In this document: positions 38,501 through 51,498 of the stretch, piece by piece
Layout: each line of letters starts with the position of its first letter
Position numbering within the stretch: position 1 is the stretch's first letter
Program-made: the position numbers and the translations under genes
Origin: Antedon mediterranea
Taxonomy: Eukaryota; Animalia; Echinodermata
DNA: 64,000 bases
Direction of reading: 5' to 3'
Assembly: GCF_964355755.1 (NCBI RefSeq)
Contig: NC_092671.1
Location: forward strand, 36,218,304 to 36,282,303
The notes under the pieces: generated by a model
Told to the model about the DNA's origin: nothing
What the model saw: the letters and a program-made list of their open reading frames with translations, nothing else
Database searches by the model: none

Positions 38501-40614
38501 ATTTGTATAAAGTAACATATTTATTAATAATAAAACATATTTTGATTTTATTGATATTAGTATGTTATTTCAATTTAAACAACATTTATTAACGTCCAAA
38601 AGACAAAAAGTAACAAAAAACAACAATGGCAGGAGATAATAAAGAAAAATAAAAAGCTAGCTTGTCTTGACAAGTTAGTGAAACAGTGTGGTGATGGTGA
38701 GATTCCGTTTTCGGACTTTTTTTTCTGTTGCCTTAGGCTATTTCGTGGTTTATTTTACATCAACATTTCCATGTGCTCACACTTAGAGACTATTTGTATT
38801 TTGCGCTATATAAATTTAAAACCATGAAAATGGATGAAGGCAGATTGCGTTAATGCAGCTAGAATTATTTGTTTATTATACCATGATTATACTATGATTG
38901 TACATTTTTTACATGGTTTTGAAATTAATAAAATTAGTTCTAAGCACTGTTTGATAAAGTGTTTCTTTTTGTTTTATATACACATTTAATCATAACATCA
39001 GTATACAATCCTAAATTCGCAATTAATTAACCATTTTTTTAAAGCCGGAATGTTTTTATAAAATGTGCTTTGTATATTATTTACTAATGAATTGTCCTTG
39101 GTACTATCTCGAGAACTAGAACTAAGTTCACGTGAAAACGAACATCATACAATGCCTATCGAAACAAAACTTGCAAAGTTTAATAGGACGTGAATAATAA
39201 ATTGGAGGTTAAAATGTTTAAAGCTGTTAAAATGACAGTGGAAGAAAAAGATGAAAAATAGAGAGACACGTCAATTTGAAGGTTATTATAAAAAATATTC
39301 TATAAGGCAATCATAATGTTTTTTTGTCCCAGTTTTCAGGACAGGGTTAATTTAGCTAGTTCAACAATGTTAGAACAACAGGAAGGACATTGATATAGAA
39401 GTTGACCACGAATGAAAGCAATAACAACCAAATCATATTGTTCCAAATTTGGGCATGTGCAGTTATCGGCAATACATCTTTCTTCATACATCTTTAAAGC
39501 TCACATTTTTGTTTAATTCGATAACTCATACAGTATTTCAATTATCAGTACAATCCCTCATTTTGGACACTTTTTTTTCAGAACACACCTCTTATTAAGG
39601 CGACACTTTCCCGTAAAACGAACGAGGGGAAACCCCTATCTATGGAAACACCGCTATAAGGGGACGCTTGGGTACCACCAAAAGTGTCCCCATAATTGGT
39701 TCTATACTTTGCATTTAATATAGCCACGCCATTTAAGCAACGTATGTTAATATAATTAAAGATATATTGTCCCCCTAAAAAATATAATTTTTTTTTTGTT
39801 GAATATGCCATTTTAATGTCACATAATAGTTATTAACTTTGACCAAAAACTAGATGGGAAAAAAGTTTCTCTGAAAAAAATTGGAATTTAAAAAAAGTAG
39901 CAGCAGGTATATTTTTCTTTCATTTTTTCAGGGAAATTATTGTCTGTCGGATAATGGTTTTTGGTTAAAATTAACAGTTTCTTTTGTCTTTTTATAAGTG
40001 AGATAATTATTTTTGTTGATTTTTTTTGCTACAGAAATGAATAACTTTATTAAAACTGAAAAATGGCCTATTCAAAGTCTGATTTTATTAATTTTTATTT
40101 TTTAGGGTTCTTTGCGGGGACAATACATCTTTAAAGCGTTTATAATCCATTTAAGAAATCAATGTCAATGCCTTTAAAAACAGGCCTCACTGACCGGCCG
40201 GCGACCGGCCCTACTTGTCCTTGTATCAAAATAGATGGCGTTTCCGTTGGTTTTAACAAGATGTACTATAAGCGGTATCTTTGTGATAATCGCTAGTAAT
40301 TATCACTGACCTGGATAAACGGAAAGACCATACTTTATTTAAACTTCTATCAAACAAAAGAGAAGAGGTAGAAAAAAAATACATCCTGCAACGTGTAATA
40401 GACAGAAGTGGAGTTGACAGCCTATCGTAGTTTCTCAGAGATAGGTTCAGTTACAAAACACAAAAACAAAACAAAAATTGCATATATAAATATATGATAA
40501 ATCATGAATGATTCCACCGAACTTTCGAGTTAAAATAACGATAGTTATCTATTGGGATGCAGGAGTGATATTGTTTTGAACATCAACATGCAGTGTCCGT
40601 ACAGTCCGTAAGCG

Positions 40615-40963
40615 TTAAAGATGTATTGTCCCCCTGAAAAAATCATTCTTAAGACATTTTTTTTTTAATAATATGCCATTTTAATGTCACATAAAATGTA
40701 TCCACTTTGACCAAAAATGGGATCGAAAAAATGTATTTTTTACCTAAAAACCTGTAATTTAAAGCAAAAAAAGGTCAAATTGGCTGCCAGCCAATGAGTT
40801 TTTGGTTGAATTTAACCATTTATTTTGTCATTTTATAGGTGAAAACTTTAATTGGTTTTTTTACCGAAGTGATTAGCTTAATTAAATCTACAAAATAATC
40901 TCATCAAAGTATGATTTTAGTAATCTTCAATTTTTCATATTTTCGGGGGACAATACATCTTTA
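40615..40963. mobile_element. MITE family C (TTAA-AGATGTATTGTCCCC TIR; Kolobok-like), representative copy
   Basis: ttaa|agatgtattgtccccc ... ggggacaatacatct|tta. Other copies approximately at 5338-5696, 5912-6259, 6822-7157, 20330-20525, 21600-21793, 25209-25360, 39757-40135, 44988-45190 and 55060-55335. Confidence 0.82.
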
Positions 40964-41219
40964 TGTATATTTTATTTATTAAACTTTATCGCTGCACATA
41001 ACATAAAGGCAGCGAAATGAAAAGAATGAACAGGTGACAAGCACCTCTATCCCAACTTAAAATACACATATTAACAAATAGAATATATAAAGGCACAATG
41101 TAAATATAAAAATAGCTAAAATAAATTACTTACTTTTAAATACAATACCGAATACAATTTCATTCATTTATTTCATTTACTCCACATTTATTTAGTCATC
41201 AATTACAGTACATCATAAT

Positions 41220-41565
41220 TACAGTACAACTGAAAACAGGGATCCTGCATAAAAAAGCTGTAGCTTCGTTTTTGTTGTAGGACCCTTTTACATAAGAACA
41301 AGTATATAGAACTTAAATAAAACAAAGGTGTTGTTAATCAGCATATAGTGATAAAAAGTATTTTTTGACCTGTTTTTTTATACATTTATTTTGTTTCTTT
41401 AAAATAACCGGTTTATTACCGCCATTACAAGTGAATTCTTTCCACGATTTTGGTCCATATATGTGTATAAACTGTTGACTGCAAGTTAGTCTTGTGAAGG
41501 GAATTTCGAATTCAGTTTCTGTTCTGAGGTTATGAGTAGGCCTAATACTGTCACAGTAATTAAAA
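41220..41565 (-). mobile_element. CR1/L2-type LINE 3' fragment
   Basis: HNLRTETEFEIPFTRLTCSQQFIHIYGPKSW...KKQVKKYFLSLY is a typical ORF2 C-terminus. Confidence 0.6.
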
Positions 41566-42504
41566 ATTTGAGAAATAAAATAAATAAAATACGGTATGAC
41601 GTTAAAACTTACACTTTTATATATGAATATGATGTATGTATATATGAATATGATGTATGTATATATGAATATGATGTAAATATATATGTGTACAGTCAAT
41701 AGCCACCATATGTGATCTAGTATCACAAGGACCAGTACCAGTAGGCTTACTAGTATCATTTGTTTAAATTTAATCATTTTTATGGAGAGGAGTACTCTTT
41801 TCATCATTATAATATTATCATTTTCATTATCATCAGAGAAATCGACATAAATTTATACGAATTGATATAAAATATTTTCATTGGTAACATGAGAAAATAG
41901 ATGTTTATACAATTATAATGCGTTACAATGTGTTATAATGCGTTACAATGTGTTATAATGCGTTACAATGTGTGTGTTTTTTTTCGTCACCGGTATGTGA
42001 TTCATTGATGTACACGGATTCACGCTCAGCAATTTCCTTTTACTAATCTTTATAATGTTTTTTTTTTTTCATTTGATAAACGTTTTAGATTTAGATTTTT
42101 CAATTTGATTTATTATTTTAAACTGGAATTTAAAAAAACATTGTTGTTTTATTTTATTGGTGTCAGTCGACTGATTAATTGCGATCAAACACTTCTTACT
42201 AATTGATTAGCAAATCGATCAATTCTTGATTGAATACACAAATATTGATTAATCGATTGATCGATTAATTATAATCGATTAATTACAATCGATATAAATA
42301 TAGAAATAATAATAATACACATTTTTGTTAAATAAGTTCATTTGGATCTGATAATATAATGTGATAAAAACGTCAAGTTCTCTGGAAATGTAAGTACCGA
42401 TATCATCTTACAAACTTGACATTATAATTGGATCATATAAAAGTACTTTTTATCACATAATACACATTTTTCATAACCCATACATTATCTATTCATCACC
42501 ATTA

Positions 42505-42850
42505 AGGCCCGTTTACACTAGAACGATAACGATCGGCAATAAATAGATAAACATACATTTTGCTTGCATAAAACAAAAGAAATTAGAACAGTTTTTGTTC
42601 TACAACTATAGGATAATCATTTATGCTGTCTTTTATAAAAAAAAATCGTTTTATTGTCACGATATCATATTGCTCTTACCGATCATGACGTCATTTGATT
42701 GGAAATGTGAAATATCATTTTCATCAAACGCAGCATAGATGGTTATTTTATAGTTCTAGAATGAAAACTTTTTAAATTTTTTTTTTTGTTTCCGGTATGA
42801 AAAATGCATATTTATCGTCGATCGTCATCGCCCTTGTGTAAATGGGCATT
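42505..42850. mobile_element. Harbinger-like MITE (TIR GGCCCGTTTACAC)
   Basis: ttaaggcccgtttacacta ... tgtgtaaatgggcattta, with internal inverted similarity. Confidence 0.6.
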
Positions 42851-43321
42851 TAGTCTTCATTTACTGTTTCCATAATCGTTTGTCATAGTTCACATAATTA
42901 TTACCCGTAATGCATTTCTGTAGTCGTATAAGGTCCAATTCATTAACTCATATATCGTATAATTTCATGCAACAATACCAACTTAATAAAAGAACTACAT
43001 TACTTTTGTCTGTGTTTTTTTTTTTATTATTAACAGTCACTTAACAAACGTTCATTTTATAAACTTTTTAAAAATAAAACATTAGATCTGAATTCAAATG
43101 ACCCGTTGCTTACAGTCCTCAAAAAGAGTCTTGGAATTTTATTCTTTTTAGGCTCTTGTTAAATTAGCCCCAATTCTACCCTTTCTATCCATGTTAGTTA
43201 TCTTCGGATGGGTTTGTCGCAAATGATCATCACGTGATGCTTTTTGTTTTGTTTGAGGGCGTTGGTCACTGAGTGTTGTTGCGTTATTGGTGTTGATTTC
43301 TGGAGTTGTGTTCTATCTGTT

Positions 43322-43987
43322 CTAAAAGAGGGGTTGTAGTTCATCGCCAGCCGGCATTTCACAAACAAATCGCAGCTCACGATCACATGGCACCTCCCTC
43401 CACGTATGACCGAATTCGTTGGGAAATGTCCTTGCGCACGCTTCTACATTCGAGACAAAAAAGATAATTCAAAATATTAAATATCATGTATTATAAATAA
43501 ATAAAAATATTATAAATAAATAATAATTATATAATACATCACGGTACTGTTTTACAAGCAAGTTTCATTATAAAAGTATGAAATAAACATTATAAATATA
43601 TTTACCGCCTGGTTGGTTGTTTGCCCAATTTGTATAGCCGGGCCTATTTGACTGAGAATCAATTATATTCCCGGATTCCCACATCCAGAGATCTTGGTTT
43701 TGTGGGTCTTGCGTAAGGCCAAGCCATATTGGAAAAGTCGGTGGTTCCATCACATAGTCACTCAGTAGAAGATGCATGTAGTTGTCTTTCTGAAGACTTT
43801 CGATGCTTAGAAGTCTAGCAAGTTCGCCGTCGCACGAACCGTATCTTGAACAATACTCAGAAGCGGCTAACTTTGTTAAAGGCTTGTTGACATATTTGTA
43901 GCATTGTCCCCTGAATTGTACCCAAAAGGGAGGGCACCCAGCCGAAGCTGCCACGACAAGGCTGAACAATACAAGTATAGCTTTCAT
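43322..43987 (-). CDS. Secreted C-type lectin-domain protein (CTL2), 2 exons, ~167 aa, spicule-matrix-like
   Basis: Exon 1 43606-43987 (signal peptide, CPPFWV..GQCYKY, CSRYGSCDGE, IWLGL, YTNWANNQPGG) and a phase-1 intron. Exon 2 43322-43443 reads EACARTFPNEFGHTWREVPCDRELRFVCEMPAGDELQPLF*. Confidence 0.88.
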
Positions 43988-46900
43988 GATGAGTTAGTAA
44001 AGACCCACCGACTAAAAATTTCGCTTCGTGATACAGCTTGTTATACCAAGACTGGCGATCAAGCCATCATAATGCCAAAAACTTAGTTTTCTTCATTCAA
44101 CTGTATGTGACGTCAGCGGAAGAGTGACCTCTGATTGTACCGTATCTCAGGCACTCGTTGACTCATACTTCAACTAAAGTTTTCAAGGATAGCGTACTGA
44201 GAAGTTTCAAACTTATTTTTCCGAATTATAATATTTTCACATAGTGTCTGTATTTGAAAGTTTATGAAGTCAAGGCCTTTGTATCTGTTCATGCCATTAG
44301 AGGCCCCATTTAACCTCACACTTTGTTAATACTTTAAAGTATCTGTTTTCCGTTGTTTCTAGCAAATAATATTTCCCAAAAGCAGTATAATCTACATTAT
44401 TATATTTTAAAAACACTATATTCAATGTCGTTACTGTTTGTAAATAATATGTCTTAAATTATATAACACACTATTGCCAAATGCTAGACAAACATATACT
44501 ACAGATTGAACGAAACAAAACACAATTTTGCACCACCCACTATGTAAAGTTGATGGATCTGTTGATATTTTTTTTTATTCACTTGCTTGTTTCCGTCACA
44601 AGGTTTTGTCTAATGTCAGTAATATCTAAATGTTGTCGTGTTATCTGTTGATTTTTGCTTGTATATATTATATTATATTTTATGACTTTCAACTCTGTTA
44701 ATGGTGACGTTTGGTCTAAAAAAATAATAATAATAAAATTTCATTTTTTTTAAAAATTATAAATCATATTGTGCTTATAAATATATTTCAATTTCAGTGC
44801 ATTTTAGGGCCTATAAGTATTAAATCTGCTAAGCATTTCAATATCAACCATTACTTTACAACGGAAATGTCTGTTTCTTTGTTTTAAATAATAATAAGTT
44901 TCATAGTTAACAATTTCTCATCATTACTTTTACCATCCTGAGTTACAACTCTGGACATTGGGATTGGAAGACAAGAGTGTTTGTAAATTAAAGATGTATT
45001 GTACCCCAATACTGAATAGGCCATTTTGCAGTTTCAAAAAAGTTATTCACTTATGTAGAAAAGAAAATTTAAAAAGTTATTATTTCATTTGTAAAAAGAC
45101 AAAAGAAACTTAATTGTAACCAAAAATGATTGATGACAGACAATAGATATTTTTTGCTTTAGGCCTAAATTACATTTTTTTCAGATAAATCATTCATGGT
45201 GACCTCTCTGTGACCGACTTGTGAAATTAGTCTAAAAACACATTTTTCGCACACAAATTACGTCTTAACAAAACCAAACGGGATTTACAAGATAATATAA
45301 TAGAAAATAAAAATAAATAAAAACTTAAAACCAAATTATTAAATTATCTCAATATTTATTTTTTTTAATAATTTTGATATTGAAAATGTGTGTAATTGGT
45401 CGCTTTCTTGTAGATGCTTTAATTGTAAAACGTAATTATTTCTTTATTTATTTATTTCTGTGCTCTGTATGTTCTGGGTTGACCAACTAGCATAGGTGTT
45501 TAGCACCTGTTTGGTCTTTCCTTGCCCCATTTTGTAATTGTTTTGTCTTCTTTGTATTGTATATGGCAGAAAATTGAATAAATAAATAAATATATAATTC
45601 GGGGTTTGGTCATGTGGTTTAGGAGGAGATATGGTAACACATTTTGGGCTATAGTGCTATTATGATTATTATGAAAAACAACTGCCTATATATAAAACAC
45701 TTTAAAGCTCTGTCTACACTATCAAACTAATTTGAAAGTGTGATGTGCCTAAATATGGTAGTGATATGCTCAGATATGGTAGTGGTATATAAATGGGCAC
45801 ATCAAATTTTTGGTCACATAAAGTTTGATAGTGTGGACAGAGCTTAAAGAAAAAGAATATCATTGTTGTCATGTTTACTTCGTTTTGCTGTAGGTCTTAT
45901 AAAGTGAGATAAAATAAGCCTTTTTTAAACAGAGGGCAAGGTAGCTGAATACAATTTAAAACGGTAAATTCATGATTTTGTGAAAATTCGTGTTTACTAA
46001 AAGATTAGCTTGTTTTACAAACAAGGTGTTTGCTTGTACTAACCTTGTGAAATTTCTCAACTGTTGACCATAGGGCTACAATGTGTTTGATGTATAGATT
46101 AAGATTATATTTTAAATTATGCATGTTTGTCTAACACCTTGATGATAATCAATCTTCTCTCGAACATTAACCTATCCCAGCAAGGTGTTTTTGTTTTTTC
46201 GGCTACTCACTCCATTCTCCTATGTCATCATAAGCGTGGTTCCCACTAGAACGCAACGCAGCGACGTATCGACGCAAAGTACTGTATTGCGTAATCACAA
46301 GTGGAAACCGACGACGCAATAGTGCTGCAAACATTGTAGGTTTGATTTCACGAAGGCGGGGGCAAACACAATGATTGGAATGGCATATTCTTACGTTGCG
46401 TAGATTGCGTTACGCTGCGTCGCTAGTGGAAACCACGCTTTAATGAACGACCGTGTGTAATCTCAGCAGGGTCTAGACTTAAAGCTCAGGTACAGGCATG
46501 AATTTTAAATGTAATATCTGGTTAATTGTACATAAATAAAAAATTTGTAACACAAATCAAGACGAAAAAACATGAATTTCCCTTAATATGGTCAAATACA
46601 AAATTTGGCAAAATACTGCCATAAAAATCAGGAAGACTTTTTTTCAGTAGTTAAGTAGTTTAACCTAATGTAATAACATGTCTGGTCACTCCCTAGAAGG
46701 TGAAAAAAGATGGTGGATATACGGTGGATAATTGTTGCTATAGCATGAAAATAAAAATCTAAAGTAGAATAAAAATACCAGAAATGTAAAATTCAAGTTA
46801 TATTACCTATATTTATTCATATGATAACATTTTTTACCACACCGTTTAGTTTTCATAGCTTTTTAAAATGTCTCTCTATTTACAGAATTTGTGTACAAAA

Positions 46901-47104
46901 GAATAGAGATTTTACTGTGTAATTTGAACTATCCCCCCACTGATAAGAAAGTGCTTATTTTCAACAAGCTCGTGTAAACACAAATAAAATCCCAAAAATT
47001 ATGAAATATAGGGGAAATTATAGATCGATAATTATTGGAATGTATGATCAATAGAAATTTGTTGCCCGCACCTGGCCTTTAAGTTAGCTTCTGCTGTTAC
47101 ATAG

Positions 47105-47985
47105 ATCCTTGCGTTACGTTCTAGTGGGAACCAAGCTTTACATTGCGTCGCTAGTGGATACCAAGCTTAATGCGTGGTTCCCACTAGCGACGCAACGTAA
47201 CGCAATCTACGCAACGTAAGAAAATGCCCTTCCGATAATTGTGTTTGCCCCCGCCTGCGTGAAATCAAACATGCGATTTTTGCAGAACTATTGCGTCGTC
47301 GGTTCCCACTTGTGATTACGCAATACAGCACCTTGCGTCGATACGTCGCTGCGTTACGTTGCGTTGCGTTCTAGTGGGAACCACGCTTAAAACTTGGTTC
47401 CCACTAGAACGTAACGCAAGGACGTAAACGCAACGCAAGCGTTTTAACCAATGACAAGCGAAGTTATAGACAGTTAGCAATCGCAAGCGAATAAGCCATC
47501 GCTTGTGATTGGTCAATTTACTTGCGTTGCGTTACGTCCTTGTGTTGCGTCGCTAGTGGGAACCCCGCTTTAGGGGAACCACGCTTTATTTATCTATAAT
47601 TGTATAGACGTTTGGTGGATCCAGGTACGTTATAGTTTATAATATATTAACAAGGCCATATACATGGCTGCAGTCGCGTGCTCAAGTTAGTGTTTACTGA
47701 CCAACCGACCGACCGACATAGTGAACTGTAATGACAATATATGAGTTGGGTGTTAAGCGTGGTTCCCACTAGCGACGCAACACAAGGACGTAACACAACG
47801 CAAGTGAATTGACTAATCACAAGTGATGGCTTATTCGCTTGTGATTGCTAACTGTCTATAACTTCGCTTGTCATTGGTTAAAACGCTTGCGTTGCGTGTA
47901 CGTCCTTGCGTTACGTTCTAGTGGGAACCAAGCTTTACGTTGCCTTACGTCCTTGCGTTACGTTCTAGTGGGAACCAAGCTTTAG
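47105..47985. mobile_element. Cluster of MITE family B elements (TIR AGC[GT]TGGTTCCCACTAG; Harbinger-like)
   Basis: Abutting or nested copies at 47105-47590 and 47756-47985, with two different internal sequences. Other copies approximately at 1588-1820, 27708-27885, 32715-32745 and 46232-46442. Confidence 0.85.
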
Positions 47986-48158
47986 ATTACGATATGTTTA
48001 CAAGTGTCTTTCAGTCAAGATTTTTTCCAAAAGAGGATAGATTCAATTTATTTCATGTTCATACTGTCTTCATTTGAATGATCCGAATATAGCACATCAT
48101 TTCATCAACAAGTAACAAAACATTTGATTATAATTATTTCCATTTAAATGTATGATTT

Positions 48159-48159
<1 letters not shown>

Positions 48160-48189
<30 letters not shown>

Positions 48190-48430
48190 TATATTTATAC
48201 AGGATAAAACAATCAGATAACAGTGTATCTGTTTTACATTGTGGTCCTGTCTTAATCAAAATATACAAAAGAGAAACTTAATTAAATATAATACAGTCAT
48301 GTTTATGAAAAGAAATGAGATTTGTATCTAGCCTTAAAGGACGTAATTGTTGGTGCCGATTTAATATTAATTGGTAAACTGTTCCATATTTTTGCGCCTG
48401 CAACTTTAAAGGACGAATTCATTTTACTAA
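48160..48430 (-). mobile_element. L2/CR1-type LINE 3' fragment with (TTA)n tail
   Basis: Reverse complement NSSFKVAGAKIWNSLPINIKSAPTITSFKARYK, with (taa)n at 48159-48185. Confidence 0.65.
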
Positions 48431-49177
48431 GGGTGTGTAACTAAGGGTGTGTAACTAAGGGTGTGTAACTAAGGGTGTGTTTACTAATAGTATTACCAGA
48501 GTACCATTGTCTCAATCTATGTTTATTAATATAATGTTCATTATGGTAATGTAATCGTTGTATGTTGTACTACACTTTGCTATACGTACTTATTATTTGT
48601 AATTTCGTAATGATCAATCTTGTACTTGAAATTTGTGACGTCATAGTCTTGAACGCGTCTAACTGCAAATGACCGGAGAACCGTTTTCGTCTTTAACTCT
48701 TAAACAATCATCATCATCATCACATTATTAATATCAAAAACAAAAAAATTAAATGAAATAAACAACCATTGTATTTTCGAATTTTCTTTTTATTCAAAAA
48801 TTCTATTCTATAACATTTAACGATTACAAAACATTAGCACCGTTGAAAACCTGAGCCTATAATTTCGCGTTACTTTGTTGACGCATTGTTGCGTTACTGT
48901 GTTGACGCATTGTTGCGTTACTGTGTTGACGCATTGTTGCGTTACTGTATTGACGTATTGACTCGAAAGGGGAACGAATGAGTTTTTTGTCTCATTTTCT
49001 TTTCCTCTCCTTCTTTTTGTTACTATCCTTTTCTGGAGAAGTGCATCAAGTGCGCCAGTAAATAATCAGTACAAATTGTTGTGACCAATGGGTTTATTAG
49101 TTACTAATCTAAAAATTAATTTACAATCGTGAGGATTTTCTGTTGTTCTTTCGTCCAGTGACGGCGTTGCCGGGTGT

Positions 49178-50340
49178 CTACTGTATGGCAACTGGACGTC
49201 GGCGTGGTCCTACTGGTCGTCGATCTCCACTTGGCATTTCACACAAAATACCGGCGCGTATGTTGCAAGCGGTTGGCTTCCAGATTAAACCTACTGTATT
49301 TTGTAGCGCGGTATAAACACATTGTCCTAAAGAACGAAAACAATTTGTGTTATATAACATAGGTTATAATAAATAGGTTTTTAAAATCGCCGTTGCTAAA
49401 GATACGGTACCGTATCCATGCTTTTAAAAACTAAAGATACGGTAATTATAGAGGGCGCTTCCGTTTGCTAAAAGTACGGTAAAATTGCATTCCTAAAACT
49501 CGTACCTAAATATAAAACTCCTTCCTAAATATTAAACTCCTTCCTAAATATTAAAAACCTAACCCTCTAAATAATCTCTCTTAAATTAAAAACTAAAAAA
49601 AAAAAAAAAAAAAAAGACGTCAAGAAGAGTATCGAACCCCCAAACCCCTTAAGCCAAAGCCTCATCACATGCCCACTAGGCTACACAGCTGGCTTGCAAA
49701 AACCAATGCAATAACCTATTTGATTAACATCCACATTACATAGCGCCCTCTATAATTACCGTACCTTTAGTTTTTAAAAGTATGGATACGGTACCGTATC
49801 TTTAGACATAACGTTTTAAAATACTTTGACTTTTATTTACATTCACTACTAATGTCTTTGAATTTATATTCATCACTTACCGGTACCAATTGAGGGCAGG
49901 ACTGTTGAAGATACTCCAAAATTAGTATATGGTGGTACGGGTGGTACGGGTGTTACTCCTGCTCCGGGCTGTTGTCCGGCGTTTCCGATCTTTGTTCCGT
50001 CACCCCACATCCACCAAGCATTGTTTGCGCCAGTGGTGGGGTCCCTGACCTGTTGAAGTCTCAGGTTAAGCCAGAATGATGGTGGTTGCCGTTGTTGTTC
50101 TGATACAAACATGTTCATGTATTTTTGAAGGAGAATCGTTTCTCGGTGAGATTCGATCTGAACGACTTGAGCCATCTCGCCATCACAGTTACCATAGTCC
50201 ATACAAAAATTGATAGCTTGATCAATGGTGGCTGGTGTCCTAAAATATCTATAACATGATCTTCCTCCTGATGTCCATAGTGGTGGGCAGGTTGCCGCCG
50301 CAACAGCGATCAGAGCGAAAAGCGTTACAAACGACTTCAT
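49178..50340 (-). CDS. Secreted C-type lectin-domain protein (CTL3), 2 exons, ~202 aa, Pro/Gly/Gln loop, SM50-like
   Basis: Exon 1 49881-50340 (signal peptide, CPPLW...SCYRYF, CMDYGNCDGE, FWLNL, WGDG, GQQPGAGVTPVPPVPP) with donor G|gtaagt. Exon 2 49178-49326 reads GQCVY...WKPTAC...LCEMPSGDRRPVGPRRRPVAIQ*. Confidence 0.88.
49388..49813. mobile_element. Inverted-repeat element inserted in the CTL3 intron with a 9-bp target-site duplication
   Basis: ~63-bp subterminal inverted repeats (49397-49459 and 49742-49805) and TTTTAAAAT at 49379-49387 and 49814-49822. The paralogous CTL4 intron shows the empty site (ttttaaaatac, ~51716). Confidence 0.85.
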
Positions 50341-51498
50341 GATGGAAATTGAAAGGAGTTGTCAAAACTTTAGTGCTAACAACCAACCGAATGAACCAAC
50401 TTTTTCGTTCGTTCTTAAATGATGAACAAGTACAGTCGGAAAGCCGAGTTGGTGACGCATCACTGATTTCATTCATTGTGAGGGCGCGCTTTTATTAGTA
50501 CAATTTAAAAATGGTATAATTTTGCATATTGTGTAATCACTAAACGTATTTCAATAGTTAAACTACAAGTTTAAATAATGTTTTTTTTTTTAGCTTAATG
50601 TTTTTTGTCTTTTGTTCTCTACCTTTTGTTTTCCATTCTTTCTCTTTATAGTCGAGCGCATAGAGACATCGTTTATTTGCGCTATATATATATATATATC
50701 TACCTATTATATATTATTATTATTAAATTATGTCACCCGGCACACATTAGATATAAAGGAAACGATCTCACCATATACGGTCATATCCTCGTCTACTAAT
50801 GTTTATTAAACAGCTATAAAAAAGACGTATTTATGGAAAATTCCCGCGCGAAACATTGACGCTTTTGTGGAGAGGTCGTTTAAAATGAATGACGTCATGA
50901 AGAGTCCGCAATAACGGTCAAAATCCGCAACGCGGCTCTGCGACTGTCTCAATCTATGCTTATTAATGCAATGTTCATTATGGTAATGTAATTATTGAGA
51001 ACCATGTATGTTGTACTACACTCTGCCACACATACTTATTATTTGTAACCCGTGATTTCGTAATGATCAATCTTGTACTTGAAATATGTGACGTCATAAT
51101 CATCATCATCATCATCATCATCATCACATTATCATTATCAAAAACAAGAAAATAAAGTGAAAAACAACCATTGTACTTTCGAATTTTTTATTCAAAAATT
51201 CTATAATTGATTTAGAAAACATTTAACAACGATTACAAAACATTAGCACCGTTGAAAACCCGAGCCTAGTGTTGACGCATTCTTGCGTTACTGTGTTGAC
51301 GCATTCTTGCGTTACTGTGTTGACGTACTGACTCGAAAGGGGAACGAATGAGTTTTTTGTCTCATTTGATTTTTCTCTCCTTTTTTTTGTTACTATCCTT
51401 TTCTGGAGAAGTGCATCAATTTGGAATTTTTTCTTACTTCATTTCGAAGTGCAAGTTGGTGTTGTGTCCAAGGGGTTTATTAGTTATTATTCTAGAAA

